Source of the DNA: Emiliania huxleyi CCMP1516
Lineage: Eukaryota
Assembly (NCBI RefSeq): GCF_000372725.1
Contig: NW_005201113.1
Span: forward strand, 252,763-316,762
Length of the DNA stretch: 64,000 bases
Direction: 5' to 3'
In this document: one piece after another, positions 1 through 11,299 of the stretch
Position numbering within the stretch: the first letter of the stretch is position 1
How the letters are laid out: every line of letters starts with the position of its first letter
Notes under the pieces: model-generated
Database searches by the model: none
Told to the model about the DNA's origin: nothing
What the model saw: only the letters and a program-made list of their open reading frames with translations
Program-made: the position numbers and the translations under genes

Positions 1-114
1 CCACGTCGGCGAATTCAATCTCGCGCTCGCCGTGCTGATCCTTGATCCGCTGGCGCTTGTTGATGCGTCGCGGTGCCACGCCCGCACCGTCTCCTCCCGC
101 CGCCTCCTCCTCCC

Positions 115-690
115 CTACGCTAGTCTCCGCCTCGTGTCCTCCCGGGTCACCTTGTTATCCTCGGGTATCTCCTCCTCCCACGCCTTACTCACTTCCAGCC
201 CGGGCGTCCCCTGTACCTTCTTGCCATCCTCCTTTCCCGTTGCCGTCTTGTCCTTACTCCCGAGATAGAGTGTGCGCCACTGCCAGTCCGCCTCTGAAAG
301 TGTGTTCGGCGAGGTTGGGACCTCGCCCATGCACACCTCCTTCGCCGCTGTGCTGTACCCAAGGAAAGCCTCTAGTACTACTTCCCACCCGTCTTTCCTG
401 GCTCCGTCACACGTGGCCAGGGCGCCCGCGGCTTTCTTTTTCCCGAGGCCGGCGCTTCTCTCCCTGCGTCGCGCCTCCGCCTCTAAGCCACTCCCTAAAG
501 GTGGCCGCGACGCGTCGCAGCCGCCTGGCCCTTTCCATGTCCCTCCTCACCTCTGTGGTGCCCATCTCGTCGTGCCGCACCCACGAGTCCTCCCAATCTC
601 CCTCCCATTTGCACAGGTATTCCCACCCCGTCTCCTCTCCCTCCTCGCCACACACCCCACACCGAAGCACCTCTAACTCCTAAGACCACA
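115..690 (-). pseudogene. Frameshifted chromodomain-containing ORF remnant, probably retroelement-derived
   Basis: ORF 407..670 contains WEYLCKWEGDWEDSWV (chromodomain-like EYLxKWxG..SW). Coding appears to continue in another frame (DGWEVVLEAFLG..., 115..336) and runs toward the window edge. Confidence 0.45.
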
Positions 691-775
691 GAAGAGGGAG
701 AGAAGCCGTAATAAAAGTAAAGGGAGGAAAAGTATATATTGAATATTGTGAAAGGTAGTTTCTAAAGTACACCAA

Positions 776-1885
776 TCAATCCACCTCCTCAATCACAAAA
801 TCTCGACGGATTGATCGCGTATCGCAAGCACTGTTCAGCTGCACAAGCTCCCCCCCATCCAGGGACCCGGCTGCCAAGTAAATTAGCGCCGGAAACGCGC
901 CGTCGCGAAGGGCAGCGGCAAGCGTGTTGAATCCGCTGGCGGAGAGGCCGCTTTGCGGCGCGCCAGACTCCAGGTCCAGGTAATAGTCGACGAGGAGCAC
1001 CTCGAGCCGCTGGAGGCCCTGCTTGCCGCTCTCGGCGAGCGCCCCGAGGCCGGCGTCGTCGATGAAGTTGTCGCGCATCCCTAAAATCCTGAGATGCGGC
1101 GCCGCACCGGCCCCCAGTGCGCCAGCCAGCGCAGCCACGCCGTGGCCGGTGATGCCGTTGCGATCCAGGTACAGCTCCTGCAAAGCTGTGCACGCTGAGA
1201 GCGCTGCGGAAAGCCCTACGCAGAAGGAGTCGCCCAGCTTGTTGTCGCCGAAGTCGAGGTGGAGCAGCCGCGGCAGCGCGCCACCCGTGAGCGCGCGGAT
1301 TATTGGCCCCAATCTGTAGTCATCTTCAGCGGCTGTCCTGAAAACCTCCCACCACATCACCTCTGTTGCACACTGTGCCTCTTCCGTCTCCGGGTTCGGA
1401 AATCGAAGGGGGAGGCGGAGATGCCTGGTTTCGCCGTGCTCGCGGAGCTCGTCTGCAAAGCCCCACGGCGGCGGCTCGACCGCCTGATTCTCTGGTGCTC
1501 TGTCCAGCCCTCGTAGTTTTACTTTCTGAAGTTGGTTGATCCAGCCTGAAGTCATGAGCTCGCCGAAAGTCAAAGCCTCGCCACTGCGAAAGTCCACCGC
1601 GACAAACTCGGTCGCCCGGGCGAACACCGTCACTCGAACGAATTGTCGCCGCAGCCGCTCCTCAGCGGAGCGGTCGTGGGGTGCAGCGCGGCTGCGCACA
1701 GCTGCGCGCAAACTCTTGCACGTGCTGCCGAATGAAATCGCGGCGAGGGGGGCCAACGGATTGGCCACCTTGTTGTAGACGAGCCGCAGCAGATCTGGCG
1801 AGAGGTCGGAGAGGATCAAGCTTGGCTCAGCGTTCGCCATGGTTTGGGTTTGGGCTCCTTGCCGTTTGGGAGCTCGCGCGTCCAC
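776..1885 (-). CDS. F-box-like / RNI-type leucine-rich-repeat protein (intronless)
   Basis: N-terminal LSDLSPDLLRLVY...FGSTCKSLR (F-box-like). C-terminal LRRs: LLHLDFGDNKLGD, LQELYLDRNGITG, LRILGMRDNFIDD. True ATG probably near 1840. Confidence 0.75.
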   Translation of the reverse strand: MDARAPKRQGAQTQTMANAEPSLILSDLSPDLLRLVYNKVANPLAPLAAISFGSTCKSLRAAVRSRAAPHDRSAEERLRRQFVRVTVFARATEFVAVDFRSGEALTFGELMTSGWINQLQKVKLRGLDRAPENQAVEPPPWGFADELREHGETRHLRLPLRFPNPETEEAQCATEVMWWEVFRTAAEDDYRLGPIIRALTGGALPRLLHLDFGDNKLGDSFCVGLSAALSACTALQELYLDRNGITGHGVAALAGALGAGAAPHLRILGMRDNFIDDAGLGALAESGKQGLQRLEVLLVDYYLDLESGAPQSGLSASGFNTLAAALRDGAFPALIYLAAGSLDGGELVQLNSACDTRSIRRDFVIEEVD

Positions 1886-1948
1886 CCATACCGCGTTGGT
1901 GTCCAGTCCGAGCCTGGCTGTTCTTCACCTTACTACCTACCTACCTAC
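1877..1948 (+). repeat. Dispersed ~50-bp element copy 1 with (CTAC)n tail
   Basis: CGCGTCCACCCATACCGCGTTGGTGTCCAGTCCGAGCCT is also found at 49820 (+) and 61188 (-). Confidence 0.85.
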
Positions 1949-2173
1949 AACGCTGTTCTCCCGCGCGCTCTCGCTCGTGGCCGCAGTGGTCCCCAAGCTG
2001 GTACGAGCCCTGGGTTTGGGAGAAAACCACATATTTTGCCAACAAATAAAGAAAGAAAAAACCAACACCAAAACGAGGGATAAAAGAAAGAAAGAAAGAA
2101 AACAGCCTATCGCGAATTTTCTTTTGCCAACACTCGACAACACGCCGCTGGAGCCGTGCAGCGTGCGCCTGTC

Positions 2174-2874
2174 ATGGTGCTGCACGACGCCGACGGCTTC
2201 CTGACGCAGCTCACGCGCATGCTGGAGCGGTCGCGCGAGAAGGGCGCCGTCTACGTCACGATGAAGCGATGTGCGTTTGCGCCGGCCGCGCCCGCCGCCG
2301 CTGCAGCGCGCCTGAGCGTGCCGCGCCCGCCCCGTGCAGACGCGGGGATTGAGGGCAAGCGGGGCGAGCCGGTCGACCCCGCCGATTGCCGCTGCCTCGT
2401 TCGCGCCGTGCTCGGCAGCACCAAGGCAATAACGCGCCACGCCCACCAGCACAGCACGACTGCCGCACACCAGCACCGGACCGGCTTGAAGGCCAGCGGG
2501 CCCGCGCCTCACGGTGCGCCGCATGCCCCAAGGCGTCGACGATGGTCGCCGCCAAGGACCACCGCCGCTTCATGAAGTCGTACGCAAACATCATGAAGGC
2601 GGGCGCCACCGCCTCCCCTCGGCCGATTCCCGCGTCTCTCGCGCCGCCCAAGCGCCTCCCTCCGTGCCGCCGCCACCGGCGCCGCCTCCACCGACGCCGT
2701 TTGCGCTCCGCCGCTTGCCCGACCGCGTGCCCCTCTGGCGCTTGCTCCTCTGCGCCATCCATCCCTGCGCAAGGCTCCGACCTCGACCCTGCCGCCGGCC
2801 AGGTGTCGCTCGACTCGCTCAAGAAGAAGGAGCGGAGGCGAGGCGGCGAGAAGAAGAAGGCGGGCGCCGCCTAG
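2174..2874 (+). CDS. SRP14: Signal recognition particle 14 kDa subunit (4 exons)
   Basis: Spliced product MVLHDADGFLTQLTRMLERSREKGAVYVTMKRY...CRCLVRAVLGSTKASTMVAAKDHRRFMKSYANIMKVSLDSLKKKER. Introns 2271-2339 (GT-AG), 2426-2532 (GC-AG), 2599-2803 (GC-AG). Confidence 0.92.
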
Positions 2875-3270
2875 AGGGTGACTGGCCCGACCGCCGGGTG
2901 GGTACCGCTATGTACCGTTGTCCGTCGTGTCTTCGAGGCGGTTTACACACGCGTCGGGTCGTCATTACCACATTTTTAGTCTCATTTGTATACGAGATTT
3001 TTTTTCCGCCGGGGAGCTGAGACAGTCACCCTGGTCTCTGAGACCCCCCCCCCCCACGCCCGGCGCTTGGGAACAAGGGGCGACACACGCCACACGCGCC
3101 GTCGGGCGCCACCTTGGCCCGCGGTACCCGAGATCCCGAGTTGGCGCGCTAGCCGCTCTATAGAGCCCGAGCTGCTGCGTGTGCCGCGCAAGACCCTACA
3201 GCCTGCATAGACGGCACGCGCTCTGCCTCCTAATATTCTCTCTGCTGCGATCTCTCTCCTGTTAGCCACC

Positions 3271-4761
3271 TCACGGCACTCGCTGCGCGTTGAGGTCGTG
3301 TCGCTGGCACCACTGCTGCACGAATGGCGTGAGGTCGACGCCCGCCGGCGCGTACCACGCTTTTCGCTTCCTGTCCCACCGTCCTCCGAGCGCCTTGCAG
3401 GCGTCCTTCTGCGCGAAGGGCGTGTCGAGGTACGTGCGGAAGGCGGAGGGGCCCGCGGGCGGCGGCGGCGGCTGCTGAGGCGGGTACGGCCGGGGCGGCG
3501 GCTGCCGAGGCGGGCACTGCTCTGGCGCCCTCTGGCCGGGCGGCGTTTGTGGCCGCGGCAGCGCGGACATTGCGGGCGCGAGGACGGGTGCAGGCAGCGC
3601 AGGCGGACTTGGGTCCTCCCCGACGCAGAAGACCCGCATCGGCTTGACCTGCCGCCGCGCCTCTGTGTCAGCGCTCTTTTCGTCCTGAAGAGCGAGCCCT
3701 GCTCTGGCGCCAACCACGCTCACGTAGTAGTGGATGACGTGGCGGACAAAGGGCGAGACCGGTTCGGTGGCGAGGCAAGCGCCCTCGCCTGCCACCGCCG
3801 CGAACGCCCGCAGCGCCGCCACCCACCCCGCCGCCGTCCGCACCTCCTCCTCGATGTCCTCGACGGTGCGCGTGGTCACGTCCAGGTTGGCGGCCTCCCG
3901 CACCGCCGATGTGGCCATCTCCTCGTCGCTGGCACGAGGCGGGACGCACTGCAACTCCGCCACCGTGTCCTGCAGCGCCGCCAGCGCGCCATCCTCCAAG
4001 TCGCCCGCCGGCGCCTCCTCCTCCTCCTCCTCCTCGTCGTCGTCGTCGTCGCCGTCCTCCTGCTGCTGCTGCTGCTCGTCGCTGAGGCCCTCGGCGAGAA
4101 CGATCTGCGTGCCGGGCGCCATCGCCGCGCCGCGCCGCTTGATGTTGCGCGGCGCCGGCTCGAACCAGAGCGGGTTTTTTATGTCGGCGTGCGAGTCCGG
4201 GCCAGACAGCGCGTTGGCGCCGTGCCGCTGCCGGCTCACGTGGCAGAGGACGCGCTGCCCTCGCGCCGCGGCGCGGTCGCGCCCGCGAATCCCGACAGCC
4301 TTGGCCGCCCTCCGGTACACGCACTCGCGCCTCTTGTTGGTGCCATAGAACTGGCTGAGCTCGGGCAGCTCGCGCGCGACGGCGAAGAAGAAGGCCTCGA
4401 GGCGCGGCTTGACGAGCGCGTTGGCGACGTTGAAGAGGTGCATCAGCTCGGGCGGCACGAGGCCGTACCGCTCCTCGCGCGCCGCGCGCCGCGCGTCCGC
4501 GCCGCAGGCCGCCGACGCGCCGCCGGACCCGAGGCGCGGCACCTTGCGCCTCGCGGTCGACGGCGTGGGCGCCTCTGCGGCGGAGCGCTTTGCCGGCTCC
4601 GCGGCCGGCTCAGCGCGTGGCGGAGGGCTGGTGGGGCCGGACGGAGGATCGTCGGCGGCCGGAGGGTCGTCGTCGAAGAGCGCTGCGATTTCGGGGAGCA
4701 TCACCAGGGATGGTCGCTTGGATGGTCGGCTGGTCGCTTGGGGTCGCTTGGCAGCCGGCAC
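3271..4761 (-). CDS. Hypothetical protein with C-terminal DUF5710-like domain
   Basis: 496-aa ORF. C-terminal YLDTPFAQKDACKALGGRWDRKRKAWYAP matches the DUF5710 pattern (LxVPFxEKDxAKALGARWDxxxKxWY). Also has acidic and Pro-rich tracts. Confidence 0.65.
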   Translation of the reverse strand: MPAAKRPQATSRPSKRPSLVMLPEIAALFDDDPPAADDPPSGPTSPPPRAEPAAEPAKRSAAEAPTPSTARRKVPRLGSGGASAACGADARRAAREERYGLVPPELMHLFNVANALVKPRLEAFFFAVARELPELSQFYGTNKRRECVYRRAAKAVGIRGRDRAAARGQRVLCHVSRQRHGANALSGPDSHADIKNPLWFEPAPRNIKRRGAAMAPGTQIVLAEGLSDEQQQQQEDGDDDDDEEEEEEEAPAGDLEDGALAALQDTVAELQCVPPRASDEEMATSAVREAANLDVTTRTVEDIEEEVRTAAGWVAALRAFAAVAGEGACLATEPVSPFVRHVIHYYVSVVGARAGLALQDEKSADTEARRQVKPMRVFCVGEDPSPPALPAPVLAPAMSALPRPQTPPGQRAPEQCPPRQPPPRPYPPQQPPPPPAGPSAFRTYLDTPFAQKDACKALGGRWDRKRKAWYAPAGVDLTPFVQQWCQRHDLNAQRVP

Positions 4762-4931
4762 GTTGCTTGAAGAAACGAGCCTTTTGCTTTTGCTTGGCCT
4801 TGCGGTTTCTTTCTTTCTTTTTGAAGAGAAGAGGCCGAGTGCGTATTCCTATGCGCCAGAGATGAGAGATCCGCTGCCCCCTGTGCCCAGCCCTCTCCGC
4901 GCGCCGCGATGCCCCTCCCCCCCTCGCTTTT

Positions 4932-4955
4932 GAGAGAGAGAGAGAGAGAGAGGGT

Positions 4956-5028
<73 letters not shown>
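4932..5028. repeat. (GA)n microsatellite
   Basis: Directly visible. Confidence 0.98.
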
Positions 5029-5031
<3 letters not shown>

Positions 5032-5779
5032 ACGGGCACGACCGGAAGCGGTGTCACGCGGTTGTGAGAGTGAGAGGGATGCGCTTGGGCGAAAGAAAAG
5101 TAGGATAAATGAGCGTTGACTTGATTCAACGACAAAAAGCGGACACGGCCCGCCACGGGAGGACCGACAGTAAACCGCAAAATCCCAACCACAAAAAAAG
5201 AAAACCGCGAGTACACTCAAGGAGGCTTACGCATTCGAACAGCTGGGCGGCGAGGACAACCACAATGGCACGCTACACACTATAGAAACGGCTTATTCAA
5301 CGGGTGGGCCGCACTAGCACGCTACACACTATAGTTATAGCATACGTTCTGCCACACACTATAGTTATAGTTCATACGTTCAGCTCCGTCCAATATCCGC
5401 GATGCCACCCGCTGGCCGGTGTGCATTTGACACCTCAGCGTATGCAGGAATGCGATGGAGGTCCTCAGCGTGCTCGCGCGGCAGCAGTGCGGCCTACAGC
5501 GCAGGAGGCGCCGCAACATAAGGTCCTCACTGCGAAAGGTCCTCAGGGGCGCGCGCGCGTACGCGCGCGCGCACGGTGAGGACCTCTGTCTGTCACGATG
5601 AGGAACTCGACGCCCACGCCTCCCGAGGACCTCTGTCAGTCACGATGCGGAACTCGACGCCCGCGCCTCCCGCGATAGGCGTCTCCCATCCCTCGTCCTG
5701 CAGCGTTGCCCGCGTTCTATTGCATAGGTCGAGCGCGCGCGCGTGCCACGGTGAGGACCTCTGTTTGACGCAGTGAGAA

Positions 5780-6698
5780 TGGTTGGGTAGTAGGGCTAGA
5801 GGGTCGCTCTACACTTAGCCTCTGCAGCGAGCGAGCGCTCAACTTAGCCCCCGCACGGAGCCGGGCTCGGACTTAGACGCTGTATGGTCGGGGGCCATGA
5901 ACTTAGACGGCACAAGGCCAAATCCGGGTAAAACCCGGGTATACCTGCAAAAGTCCAGGTTTACCCGAAAAATACCTGGACGCGTCCCGACCAACGTAAC
6001 ACGTATGCCGCGCACGACGCCATATCGCCTTGTCCCAGGGCCAGTGCGCTACTTGCGGCGCGCAACTCCTGCTCAAGTACGCGCACCGTACCATGTGCTG
6101 CCGCTATGCGTGTCTTAAGGCGGCTGCGGCGAAGCGGCGGGCGCGGCATGCCGATGGCAGTGCGGACGATGCGGTTGCGATGTGTTCTGCTTCAAGATCG
6201 TGGCGGTGCTTGGCATGCACTTCTGCGATCCCAATCAGCTCATCGCAACGAAGCAGCGCAACAAGCTGGCTGCTGCCAACAAGGCCCTATGCTAGATCTA
6301 CCTCACGCGCGGATCATTCAAAGAGGACCAGCATACACAGGCTTCCTTGACATGCGTTTGTTTGAGCTTGAGGCTATTTGTGAGAACTGTTTGGCTTGAA
6401 GATTGCGCTCAAGAAGAGCAACGAGAATCGGAAGAGGAGGATGCTGAGGCGGCGATTGCTGAGCATGAGAAGGATCGATCCGGATTAGAAGGCGCCCGCC
6501 GTAGGCGAAGAAAATTTGGGGGCTAGCGCCGTATCGTTGATCACGGTGGGAGCCTCTTGGCCCCAGGCTGTGCCACGGCCGACTTAGCCGATGTAAGAGG
6601 CTCTCGCTGATCTTAGACCGCGTAAGCACCCCAGCGTGACTAGTCACACTTAGACCCGCTCAGCCTCGAGGCTCAGAACTTAGACTACTACCCAACCA
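5780..6698. mobile_element. Non-autonomous TIR element (MITE-like, ~920 bp)
   Basis: 14-bp TIR TGGTTGGGTAGTAG (5780) / CTACTACCCAACCA (6698). Repeated subterminal ACTTAG(A/C)C motifs. Interrupts an array of GTGAGGACCTCT repeats. Confidence 0.7.
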
Positions 6699-6781
6699 GT
6701 GCAGTGAGGACCTCTCGGTCGCGGCGCATCCGGCACTGTAAGTCGCACTACAGCGCCTTCCGCGTCGTCTCACTTCATCGC

Positions 6782-8706
6782 TAGGGTGCCCACAGGACCC
6801 AAAAGAAAATAGCTTTCCGGCTCAAAAAGGGACGCACGCGGCAAATCTGATGTTGGCCAGTTTCAATAGGAGAGAGGCCTCTTCCGTTGGGGGACCGAGT
6901 ACATAGGAAAAGAGGGTTCCCCGGTTTGTCACGCGCGAGCACGAGCGTGACACTGCACTTGGCGCCGAGCGCCCGCGGCACAGACCTTGTGCAAGCCGAC
7001 CCTCGGTGGGAGCACCGGTCCGGACCGTGGGCGCTCGGTGTGGAGCAAGCAAGACCCCCCCCCCCCCCCATCGGCGCGCGCTCGCCATTCCAACGGGCGC
7101 CAGGAGCACCAAGAGGACTCCTCATGGCTGCTCCCAAGTGGGCTTCGACCGGCCTCGGCTGGGGGGGCGGGTTGTCCCGGCTGCGGACGCGTTCTGCAGC
7201 CCCCTGGGCGTGGGTCAGCCCCCCAAAACTGCCCCTCGGCGGCATACAGCACTGCCAGCCAGCCTCTTCCTCCTCCTCAAGGGCTGTACTATAGGCCATA
7301 TTGCGCCGCCACCTACTGGCAGCCGGGCGGGCGCGCGCCGCGGGCGCCCGGCGCGCGCACGGCTCGCAAAGTTCGAACGAGTACTGCCGCCCGGCCGCCT
7401 CAAGGCTGCCGGGCGGCAGTACTCGCCTCGCAAGGCGCGCACCGGCTGCTCTGGCTGCTGCGCCGGCGGCCGCTGCGCTGGCCGCTGCTGCGCCGGCTGG
7501 CGGGCGGCACGGCCGCCGGCGGCCGCTGCACCCGCGCCGTCCCTCGCGGGCGCCGTCGCGCCGCGCGCGCCCAACCCTGCTGGTACACGGCACGCGCGCG
7601 TCACACAGCCGCGGAGAACAGGCGGTGCTGTGCGCGAAGCGCGCGCGATCTCGTACTCTTAAGGCTGGATCCGGCCATTCCAAGGGTATGTATGTATCTA
7701 AGGAAGGGAGTCAACTTTGATGGGGGCAGCCAAATTTGGTCGACCGCAAATCGTGGAGCTGGGAGTCACGCTCGGGCAGACAGCGTCGATGCCGTCGCCG
7801 GACGCGGCGGCGAGGCACACGGGCGCCGGCGTGGCGCGTCGGCAGGCCCACCACGAGCGGATGCGCGACGAGCGCGCTCGGGAGGCGGCCGCGGGCAACG
7901 CGGAGCTTCCGCCGGAGGACGACGCGGTCGAGATGGTGAGCGCCGTCCAGCTGCTGGACAGCGTGGCGGAGGCGGGCCCGAACTACACCCTGCTGCGCAG
8001 CAAGGAGACGAAGGCGAAGCGGCGGAAGCGACAGCGCGAGGATGGCAGGGCGGCGCTCAACGGCCACACTGTCCTGCCCACCGGATCGCGCCTCGAGATC
8101 TTCTGCGACACCGAGCGGTGGTACCCCGCGACCGTCATGGGCCGGGAGGAGGACGGGGACGGACGGATCGCGCACCAGGTCGAGTACGACGGCTACCCGG
8201 ATCGGCGGTGGTGGCACATGCTGGACGACGAGCGGTGGCGAGCCGTCCCAGAGCAGGCCGGCACGGGCGCAGGAGGCGCCGCCGCAGACGTGGACGGGGA
8301 TGCGGCGATGGACCGCGCGGACGGCGAGGGCGCCCGTGCCGCGGGTGCCGCCGAGGCGGCCGAGGTGCGGCCGGCGCCGCCTCCCGCGTGCCGGGGTGTG
8401 CGGCGCAGCGCGCTGGCGGACGTCCTCGAGGCGGAGGACGACGAGCGGCAGGACGAGGCTGCGCGTGGCGACGAGCAGCCGATGCTAGCGCCCCACGGGC
8501 CGGCGCTGTCGGTGCAGCTTCGGCGCGTGCGCCTGCAGCTGCGCGAGTTCCTTGCAACGCAGGCCGCGGCAGGGTACCTTTGAGAATCCCCAGCGTCCCA
8601 CCCTCCTAGTCACACTCTCAATTTCTCGACTGGCCAACACGAAGTGCTGCGATCGGGGGTGGCCCATTTCTTTTTCCTTTCTTTTTTGGGCCGTGTGGGC
8701 ACCCTA
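6782..8706. mobile_element. TIR DNA transposon derivative (hAT/P-like ends) with 7-bp TSD
   Basis: TAGGGTGCCCACA...TGTGGGCACCCTA termini, with TCATCGC duplicated at 6775-6781 and 8707-8713. Confidence 0.85.
7789..8583 (+). CDS. Tudor/Agenet-like domain ORF carried inside the TIR element
   Basis: LPTGSRLEIFCDTERWYPATVMGREEDGDGRIAHQVEYDGYPDRRWWHML fits a Royal-family (Tudor) pattern. Confidence 0.55.
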   Translation: MPSPDAAARHTGAGVARRQAHHERMRDERAREAAAGNAELPPEDDAVEMVSAVQLLDSVAEAGPNYTLLRSKETKAKRRKRQREDGRAALNGHTVLPTGSRLEIFCDTERWYPATVMGREEDGDGRIAHQVEYDGYPDRRWWHMLDDERWRAVPEQAGTGAGGAAADVDGDAAMDRADGEGARAAGAAEAAEVRPAPPPACRGVRRSALADVLEAEDDERQDEAARGDEQPMLAPHGPALSVQLRRVRLQLREFLATQAAAGYL

Positions 8707-9020
8707 TCATCGCACTCCTGCATGCGTAAAACCATATATTCCGCGCCTCTGTACACGTTGAGTTATGGTGTACCCTGTTCGTAGTTGCGCTTGGGGCATA
8801 CGCGTGGCGCACCCTGATGTAGTTGGCATGGGATCATCTCCTTGGGTCTCCTGGAGTGCGTGTACGCTCCGTCGCTTCGCTGTAAGTACAAGAGAAGAAG
8901 GCCTCAGCCTGCACACAGGCCCAAAACCAAAGCCGAGAAAAAAACGGCTACAGTGTGCTGAAAACCTCTCTCTCTCTCTCGAAAGAGGCACCCGATTACA
9001 CACAAGTAGGCTAGTGCAAA

Positions 9021-9370
9021 GGAGGACCGACAGTAAACCGCAAAATCCCAACCACAAAAAAAGAAACCCGCCAGTACATGCAAAACAAGCAGCACAGGAA
9101 CACAAAAAACACAAAATCCCAAAACCAACAAAAAAAAATGACACCGTAGTACACCCGGAGTACAAACAAGCAGCACAGGAACACAACAAACACAAAACCC
9201 CAAAACCAACAAAAAATAAACCCGTAGTACACAGAATCCCAAAACGAATAAAAAAGAAACTGCCGTACAAAACAACAGCACAGGAACACAAAATCCCGAA
9301 ACCAACAAAAAAACAGCACAGGAACACAAAATCCCGAAACCAACAAAAAAACAGCACCCTAGTACAGCAC
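9021..9370. repeat. A-rich degenerate tandem repeat (CACAGGAACACAAAATCCCGAAACCAACAAAAAAA-like units)
   Basis: Several imperfect units. The first ~57 bp are duplicated at 5158-5214. Confidence 0.8.
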
Positions 9371-9416
9371 GAGAAAAAGGGATTCCCCGTGCAGGGACAG
9401 ATATACACGAGTTCAG

Positions 9417-9499
9417 TACAGAGGACGGGATTCGAACCCGCGCCCCTTACGAGACTGGAGCCTTAATCCAGCGCCTTAGACCAACTCGGCCACCTCTGC
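9417..9499 (-). tRNA. trnL-AAG: tRNA-Leu (anticodon AAG)
   Basis: GCAGAGG/CCTCTGT acceptor stem, TGGCCGAGTTGG D-arm, anticodon arm CTGGA-TTAAGGC-TCCAG, long variable arm, GGTTCGAATCC T-loop. Confidence 0.96.
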
Positions 9500-11299
9500 A
9501 TGATTTGATACGAGTTGCAGACTTTCAGCGGCCTATAAAGGTGTGGCCTATGCCATCAAAAAACCAATCAAGGTGTGTGTGTTTATTTTAATGGATAAAG
9601 AATAAGGTAATTAATTTGGGGAGAGTTGAGTGATTTGGAGGGCGCGTGTGTGCCAGCGACGCGCGCTCTGGTGCAGGTAGGGGGCAGGTAGGGGGCAAGC
9701 GTGTCAGGTAGGGGCAAGCGTGGCGGCGAGGGACGCGCGGCGGCGGGGGGGAGGAGCCGAACACTCCGTGCGCGGTGAGGCGGCCGGGCGAGGGCGCGGC
9801 GGGTGACGGGGCAAGGGAGCAGCCCACACCCGGCCGTCGCTTTGAGCGAGGTCGACGGAACGCCTGCGAGCCGTCTTTTTACGAGGTTGCAACCCTAGTT
9901 TTGCACTGTGCTGTGAATCGAGCGGCAACCAACTCCTCTCAGGACCCCCAGGTGCTGGGGTGCTGCCAGCAACCAACCAACTCACCGGCAAGCGGAGCGA
10001 GCCGGAGCAGGCGCACATCGCTTCCAGGGAGGGGGGCGCGCTTCTGCTCACGCCCCCCCCCCCCCTAGCATGTGGTGAAGCCTCTGGGGGGGTCGGGACC
10101 CCCCCCCTAGCATGTGACGAATCCTCTGGGGGGGCTCGACGCTCCCCAGAAACGCCCAGAAGCTTGCCTCCCACCCCTGGGCCCCAGGGCGAACGGCAGC
10201 GGTCGGCGGCCTCTGCCACGCTCCAATCGGCTCCTCGAGCCCATCGCCTGCGACGAGCTAACATGACTCGTCGCTCACCGCCANNNNNNNNNNNNNNNNN
10301 NNNNNNNNNNNNNNNNNNNNNNNNNNNNNNNNNNNNNNNNNNNNNNNNNNNNNNNNNNNNNNNNNNNNNNNNNNNNNNNNNNNGTGGTGGGCCCCCCCCA
10401 GCAGTTTGTGGGCTAGGAATAGCCGCCAGAGAGCCGATTTTCCCCCTAAAGTTGAGAAATCGCGCCTGAAACTCCAATATCTTGGATAATCTGACCACTC
10501 TCAAGGTTCAGGTAGCTCCAAACGATGATTTTCCTCTGGAAAATCCTCCGAACTCAGGCGAAAAATCAAGGGCCCGGAGGGTCTGCCCACGAGTCTCTGG
10601 GGGGGTCCTCGGCCACGACCCCCCCCCCAGCATGTGGTGAAGGTGCTGGGGGGGTCGGGACCCCCCCCCTAGCATGTGGTGAAGGTGTGGGGGGGTCGGA
10701 CCCCCCCCCTAGCATGTGGTGTGAGCAGAAGCGCGCCCCCCTCCCTGGAAGCGATGTGCGCCTGCTCCCGAAGAGCTGGGGCCAAATACGTGAATTGGCT
10801 GTGAACGTCAACGCCGCCCGCAGCATCGAGCGGCACGTCCTCCCCACAACCAGCGGCGTGCATTGCACCTAGGTCGTCGGCTTTGCCGACGGGCGACGTG
10901 CACGGGACACAGGGACGGGCGACCCACGTACCCGAACAAGCATGATCCAGTTCCAGAGAACGGGGCATTGCACCTACATGGTGCGGGACCTGGGGCAGCA
11001 ACCAACAACCTGGATGGGGACGGGGTGCTGCGCAACCGACGCCAACCAGCAGCGTTCACACTTCACAGCACAGTGCGAAACAGGGTTGCAACCTGGCCCA
11101 TGAGCCATGTTCAAGTGCGGCCGTTTTAGAGAGAGAGAGAGAGTTTTGCCGTTTTACCAGGCACCCAACCGACGGCCGCGCCGCGATATTTTTTTGCCTG
11201 CCCCGTATTCGCCGTCGCGCGACGACCACGCCGGTGTCAAGACTGCGCCCGTTCTTTTTTGCGGCCTTGAGAGTTCTTATGTTTAAACTTCTTTATACC

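Noticed and set aside
1877..1927. Self-cleaving ribozyme or spliced leader
   Set aside because: No hammerhead (CTGANGA/GAAA) or HDV core seen, and one copy is intronic. Kept only as a dispersed repeat.
3298..4770. 490-aa plus-strand ORF and many similar Arg/Ala/Pro-rich ORFs
   Set aside because: Antisense or alternate-frame shadows expected at this GC content.
8707..9466. 233-aa ORFs on both strands
   Set aside because: Translations of an A-rich tandem repeat; the plus-strand ORF also overlaps the tRNA.
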